A DNA stretch of 64,000 bases from NCBI GenBank assembly GCA_964016885.1, contig OZ024752.1, forward strand, positions 13,454,001 through 13,518,000, in the 5' to 3' direction. The notes beneath the pieces are model-generated. The model saw only the letters and a list, made by a program, of their open reading frames with translations. It made no database searches and was not told the DNA's origin. Each line of letters opens with the position of its first letter. The stretch's first letter is position 1. This DNA comes from Eledone cirrhosa (lineage: Eukaryota). Both the position numbers and the translations under genes were made by a program. Below, one piece after another: positions 63,770 to 64,000 of the stretch.

Positions 63770-64000
63770 GCTGTTGTTGTTGTTGTGGTGGAGGTGGTGG
63801 TGGTGGTCGTCGTCTTGGTGGTGGTGGTGGTGTCAGTGGTGCTGTGGTAGTTGTGGTGGTTGTGGTGGTGGAGGTTGTGGTGGTGTTGGTGGTTTTGGTA
63901 GTGGTGGCGCTGGTGGTGGTGCTTGTGGTGGTGGTGTTGTGGTGGTGGAGGTAGTGGTGGTGTTGGTGGTTTTGGTAGTGGTGGTCTTGGTGGTTTTGGT
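63770..64000. repeat. (GGT/GTT)n low-complexity tract
   Basis: Direct reading. Confidence 0.95.

Overview
Eukaryotic, AT-rich, apparently gene-free repeat region. No host exon could be identified. The SINE, LINE and microsatellite content resembles a coleoid cephalopod (octopus-like) genome; this is an inference. Contents: (i) about 15 unrelated short or 5'-truncated inserts, mostly in or next to (TA)n microsatellites. They carry type I hammerhead ribozyme motifs (20 motifs read by eye, 2 with mutated cores) and usually a fold-back or inverted repeat. Two of them still carry Penelope-like coding sequence, including a ~9.5 kb palindrome of a Naiad-like Penelope element, and a third Penelope remnant has no intact hammerhead that I could find. 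(ii) An ~11.6 kb nest of (ATT)n-associated non-LTR elements: a decayed L1/Tx1-like LINE, a near-intact R4/Dong-like RLE LINE with one stop, truncated copies and SINEs. The nest is bracketed by one diverged inverted repeat. (iii) About 20 tRNA-derived SINE copies, RTE and Ingi/Vingi-like fragments, Helitron pieces, and hAT and Tc2-like MITEs. (iv) A 20-21 bp minisatellite and a 72 bp satellite with higher-order structure. Most listed ORFs are microsatellite artefacts. All coordinates were read by eye, and element edges may be off by a few bases.
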